A DNA stretch of 38,245 nt. It comes from Candidatus Wildermuthbacteria bacterium RIFCSPHIGHO2_01_FULL_48_27b (GTDB lineage Bacteria; Patescibacteriota; Minisyncoccia; Minisyncoccales; UBA10102). Below are positions 34,856 to 38,245 of this stretch, piece by piece. Below the pieces are notes generated by a model. It did no database searches, was not told where the DNA came from, and worked only from the letters and a program-made list of their open reading frames with translations. The position numbers and the translations under genes were made by a program. Location: NCBI GenBank assembly GCA_001824915.1, contig MHTS01000009.1, forward strand, positions 1 through 38,245, read 5' to 3'. The stretch's first letter is position 1; each line of letters starts with the position of its first letter.

Positions 34856-35504
34856 GTTGCTCTAGAGCCGCCAACACAAGCTGGCGGAGTTGTTCATACG
34901 TTTGCGGGTTTGAAATCCGCACTCCCCTGAAGAAAAAAGAGGGGGTACTGTTTAGGCCATCTGCAAGCGCGGACGCATAATCTTCTTGCACGCGATCGCG
35001 CACTTCGTTTGATTTCAAATCGTTGCGAAATTGCTGCTCGTCCAAACCCACAGAAACGGCGTATTCCGCGAACGTATCCTCGGGGTTGGATATTTTCGCC
35101 CACGAAGATTGTTTTTCGAACAAAACATCGTGCATTTCCCAAAATTTTCCCTGGAGAGCTGCTGCTTGCGCCGCTCGCGCTGAAAGCTCCGCATTCGGGT
35201 GAATTTGCCGCAAAGGCAGATGGCGATACGCAACCGCTATTTCGCTGCCGAATTCCTGCTCCAACTGCTTAATAAGGGGAACGTACGCAGCGCACGCGGG
35301 ACACTGAAAATCACCGTACTCTACCAACACCAATGAAGAATCACGATTCCCCTTGATATTGTCGCGCGCGGAAACAGGAAGGGAAAGTTGCGAGCCAAAG
35401 CCATTTTGTTGATCTTGAGCAGGAGGGGTAGCGAAAGAAAGCACCAGAAAAATTCCGGCCGCAACCGCAACGCCTACTCCACCCCAAATAAAAATACTTT
35501 TCAT
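34827..35504 (-). CDS. DsbA family thiol-disulfide oxidoreductase (CPAC)
   Basis: EYGDFQCPAC, RH.PL..IH and STP.F motifs; N-terminal TM. Confidence 0.92.
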   Translation of the reverse strand: MKSIFIWGGVGVAVAAGIFLVLSFATPPAQDQQNGFGSQLSLPVSARDNIKGNRDSSLVLVEYGDFQCPACAAYVPLIKQLEQEFGSEIAVAYRHLPLRQIHPNAELSARAAQAAALQGKFWEMHDVLFEKQSSWAKISNPEDTFAEYAVSVGLDEQQFRNDLKSNEVRDRVQEDYASALADGLNSTPSFFFRGVRISNPQTYEQLRQLVLAALEQHGTSAEPAE

Positions 35505-36193
35505 AATTTTCCTAATTCTGCATCAATAATTGCTTTTAAGTTGGCGTATGGAAGCGCGCCCCGGACAGGAGTATTATTCACGAAACTTCCCGGCGTACCG
35601 GCTATGCCAAAACTTACACCCTCCTGAAGTTGCGCTTCTACTTTATTTGTGTATGTGTGCGCGCTCACGCATGTATCAAACTGAGCCATATTAACTCCAA
35701 CTTGCTCTGCGACTTCCCGATAGAGCGCATTACCCAAGCGCTGTTGATTTGCAAACATCGCGTCCGCGAACTGCCAAAAACCCTCTGAACCCTTTTGTTC
35801 GCCCACACATTCTGCGGCTTCGGCCGCCGGCCTTGCTTCAGGATGAATCTGATCAAGCGGGAAATGCCTGTATATCCATCTCACCTGATCACCATATTCT
35901 TCTAACGCCTGTAGCATTGTTGGATGAAACTGCCTGCAGAACGGACACTGAAAGTCGGAGTATTCAATAATCGCAATAGGAGCTGAAGGATTACCCCGAA
36001 TATAATCTCCGGCGCTTACGGTAGGAACTGAACCGACAACTTTATTATCTTCGGGCAGGTCGCCTCCTGTTTGCGCGGACAAACCTTGCTGGGCAGGAAT
36101 ATTCAAGCCTCCGGTAGCGAAGACCGCAATTGCTATTATTACTCCCGCTCCAAGAATTGAGGCAGGAACGAACAGTTTTTTGTAGTTTTCCAT
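35501..36193 (-). CDS. DsbA family thiol-disulfide oxidoreductase (CPFC)
   Basis: EYSDFQCPFC, RHFPL..IH and GTP..F motifs; N-terminal TM. Confidence 0.93.
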   Translation of the reverse strand: MENYKKLFVPASILGAGVIIAIAVFATGGLNIPAQQGLSAQTGGDLPEDNKVVGSVPTVSAGDYIRGNPSAPIAIIEYSDFQCPFCRQFHPTMLQALEEYGDQVRWIYRHFPLDQIHPEARPAAEAAECVGEQKGSEGFWQFADAMFANQQRLGNALYREVAEQVGVNMAQFDTCVSAHTYTNKVEAQLQEGVSFGIAGTPGSFVNNTPVRGALPYANLKAIIDAELGKL

Positions 36194-36237
36194 AAAAAAG
36201 TTAGCTTATTATATACCCTCTAGCCTATCATATGAAC

Positions 36238-37173
36238 TTAGCCTCTCGCAAGATGTTCGTATGCTGCAGTAGCTGCCACAGCCCCCGTAGCCGCCGCTGT
36301 AATATCCTGCTTAAAACTACCGAAATGCGTCGTGGCGTCGCCCGCCGCGAAAATACCGGGCACCCGCGTTCGCATCATATTATCCACCTTCATATATCCT
36401 TTCTCGTCCAGCTCAAGTCCCAGCTGGTCGGCAAATGCTCTGTCTGGATCGAAGCCAATTTCAATAAACATACCGTCTACCACTAGATCGTCTGATTCTT
36501 CGCCGGTTTTATGCTTTGTACTCGAAAGAACCAACTTTTCCAACTTCTGCGCTCCTACGATCTCCTTGATCTCGTGGTCGAGCAATACCTCTACTTTATC
36601 TCCGAGGTTTTTCATGCGTTCTGCGTTTATTGGCTCTGCGTGCACCTCTGAACCCCGCACAATTAAATAAACTTTCTTTGCGTATTCTGCCAGGAAATTT
36701 ACCCCTTTCACTGAAGAGTCACCTCCACCCACCATTGCCACAGTTTTGCCGCCATACAAAGGACCGTCGCACGTCCAGCAATAGTGCACTCCATTGCCCG
36801 TAAGCTCTTTTTCGTTGGGAAGATTGAGATGGCGCCTTCGAGAACCAATGGCAAGAATCACCGTTGCTCCCTCGAACATTTCTTTTTCGGTGGCCACGCG
36901 GAATCCGTTTTCGCTTTTCTCAATGTTCACCACCCGTCCTTTTGCGATTTCCGCGCCCGCCTCTACTGCCTGCTCTTTCATTATCTTCATCAACTCATAT
37001 CCGTCGAGCGCCTTCACTCCAGGATAATTCTCAATTCGCCCTGCCGTACTTGTTTCCCCGCCAAATTCCCCCGCGACCACAAGGGTGGACATTTTATATC
37101 TGCCCGCGTACAACGCGGCAGCCAACCCCGCCGCTCCCGAACCTACAACAATGAGATCATACTTCATGCCCAT
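36238..37173 (-). CDS. trxB: Thioredoxin reductase-like FAD/NAD(P) disulfide reductase
   Basis: GSGAAG, IENYPG, CWTCDG, VGGGDS and FAAGD motifs. Confidence 0.88.
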   Translation of the reverse strand: MGMKYDLIVVGSGAAGLAAALYAGRYKMSTLVVAGEFGGETSTAGRIENYPGVKALDGYELMKIMKEQAVEAGAEIAKGRVVNIEKSENGFRVATEKEMFEGATVILAIGSRRRHLNLPNEKELTGNGVHYCWTCDGPLYGGKTVAMVGGGDSSVKGVNFLAEYAKKVYLIVRGSEVHAEPINAERMKNLGDKVEVLLDHEIKEIVGAQKLEKLVLSSTKHKTGEESDDLVVDGMFIEIGFDPDRAFADQLGLELDEKGYMKVDNMMRTRVPGIFAAGDATTHFGSFKQDITAAATGAVAATAAYEHLARG

Positions 37174-37194
37174 ATCGTATCATTTTATTTTCTT

Positions 37195-38037
37195 CTAGCT
37201 CAAGAGGGCATTCCAGTCTGCCGAAAATCGTTCCACCCCAACATCCGTCAGCTCATGTGAAATGTCAAACGCGGTCCAGTCTTGTTCCAAGTTCAATTCT
37301 TCGTAAAGAATAGGTGTAAGCGCTTCTGGCTTATAAAAGTCCTCACGCGCCGGCAAGCCTGCTTGAGCCCACTCTCGCAGAACTTTGAGGGGACTTGTGA
37401 GAATATCGGAACCCAATTGAACTGCCGCGAGCAGATGGTGAAGATTCCGCACGGACGCGGTTAAAACTTCCACATGACCATCGCCTTTTTGGTACATCTT
37501 TAAGATATTCTCAATCAAATCCATACCATTCTCTCCCCGATCGTCAAGCCGGCCGATAAAGGGAGAAAGGAATACGTTGCCCCTTTTTGCGCCGCGCGTA
37601 GCGGCATACACGGCCGCTGCCTGTTGTTGTGAAAAAACAAGCGTCATATTCACACGCATACCTTCTTTGACACTCTGTTGAGCCGCCTTCAGCCCTTCCC
37701 TGGTTGTAGGATATTTAATATGGGCGTTTGGAATCCAAGCGAACATTTCTCTCCCTTGCCTAAGCATCTCTTCGGCGCTCGTGTGTTTGTCCGCGTACAC
37801 CTCAATAGATACGGAACCTTCGGGGATAACCCGTGATACTTCCTCCACGACTCCACGGTAAAACCCGAGGAGCTCCTCCCTGGTGAACTTTTTTCCCGCG
37901 GTTTCGGGATTTTTCGCTATGAGAGAGGGATTCGTTGTTTGCCCATCGAGAAATCCGAGAAACGCCATTGTTTCTTTTGTTTCTGCCGGATCTCCGCTGT
38001 CCAAAAATATTTTTGTTCTCAAATTCTCTGGTTTCAT
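37195..38037 (-). CDS. tal: Transaldolase family protein
   Basis: IFLDS, TTNPSL, HIKYP (Schiff-base Lys), VNMTLVFS and SPFIGRLDD motifs. Confidence 0.88.
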   Translation of the reverse strand: MKPENLRTKIFLDSGDPAETKETMAFLGFLDGQTTNPSLIAKNPETAGKKFTREELLGFYRGVVEEVSRVIPEGSVSIEVYADKHTSAEEMLRQGREMFAWIPNAHIKYPTTREGLKAAQQSVKEGMRVNMTLVFSQQQAAAVYAATRGAKRGNVFLSPFIGRLDDRGENGMDLIENILKMYQKGDGHVEVLTASVRNLHHLLAAVQLGSDILTSPLKVLREWAQAGLPAREDFYKPEALTPILYEELNLEQDWTAFDISHELTDVGVERFSADWNALLS

Positions 38038-38042
38038 ATTTT

Positions 38043-38059
38043 GTAAGGCTAAGCCTTAC
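38043..38059. repeat. REP-like perfect palindrome
   Basis: GTAAGGCT-A-AGCCTTAC overlapping the stop codon of the right-edge ORF. Confidence 0.6.
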
Positions 38060-38244
38060 TCAAGCATTAAATGCTCAATCGTATTAATTTTTCGCGTTGT
38101 CAAAGCATTCTCGACAAAATCTTTGTATTTTGCTGGGTCAGCGAAAAGGCTATGCGCGACCCCTTTATCAATAATTGGAGAATCTCTTTCACCCAAGTAT
38201 TCAAGGTGAGTACTCCACGAATATGATTCTGCAAACTGCATTAT
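38056..38244 (-). CDS. 3' end of a probable REP-associated tyrosine transposase (partial, runs off the window)
   Basis: Y.WS....YLG......D......F.....Y..FV tail resembles RAYT/Y1 proteins; adjacent palindrome; catalytic region not visible. Confidence 0.5.
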   Translation of the reverse strand: MMQFAESYSWSTHLEYLGERDSPIIDKGVAHSLFADPAKYKDFVENALTTRKINTIEHLMLE

Positions 38245-38245
38245 T

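Noticed and set aside
1-38245. CRISPR array, rRNA, prophage or alternative genetic code
   Set aside because: No regularly spaced repeats, rRNA motifs or phage genes seen; TGA terminates conserved genes (map, adk, rpsJ) at the expected positions

Overview
Chromosomal segment of a Patescibacteria (CPR, Parcubacteria-like) bacterium using genetic code 11. Supporting signs are the absence of uL30 between rpsE and rplO, few Shine-Dalgarno sites and many near-leaderless extended -10 promoters. About 16 kb (4839-20874, minus strand) is the str-S10-spc cluster from rpsL to secY-adk-map. It is followed by a WG-repeat gene, GT2, galT, dedA, tpiA, csaA and a YkuK-like gene. The right half holds rpmB, tRNA-Pro(GGG), a CorA-family gene, HU, a compact 6S RNA, a GAF-PAS histidine kinase with no regulator in the window, an MFS transporter, ndk, a ComEC-like MBL gene, two small Zn-ribbon genes missed by the ORF track, uppP, a trxB-dsbA-dsbA-VKOR-(ATP-cone nuclease)-doxX cluster, transaldolase and the 3' end of a probable RAYT. 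Main unexplained signals: (1) a ~300-nt multi-stable structured RNA at 85-385; (2) a consensus-promoter-driven ~215-nt RNA with tandem anti-SD motifs at ~31918-32133; (3) csaA flanked by a 20-bp duplication of the tpiA 3' end; (4) short palindromes inserted in-frame in coding genes including rpsC; (5) a Phd-like protein with an SSB-like tail between fusA and tuf; (6) a terminated structured RNA with DnaA boxes at 24149-24410. All calls come from reading the sequence by eye; no searches were run.
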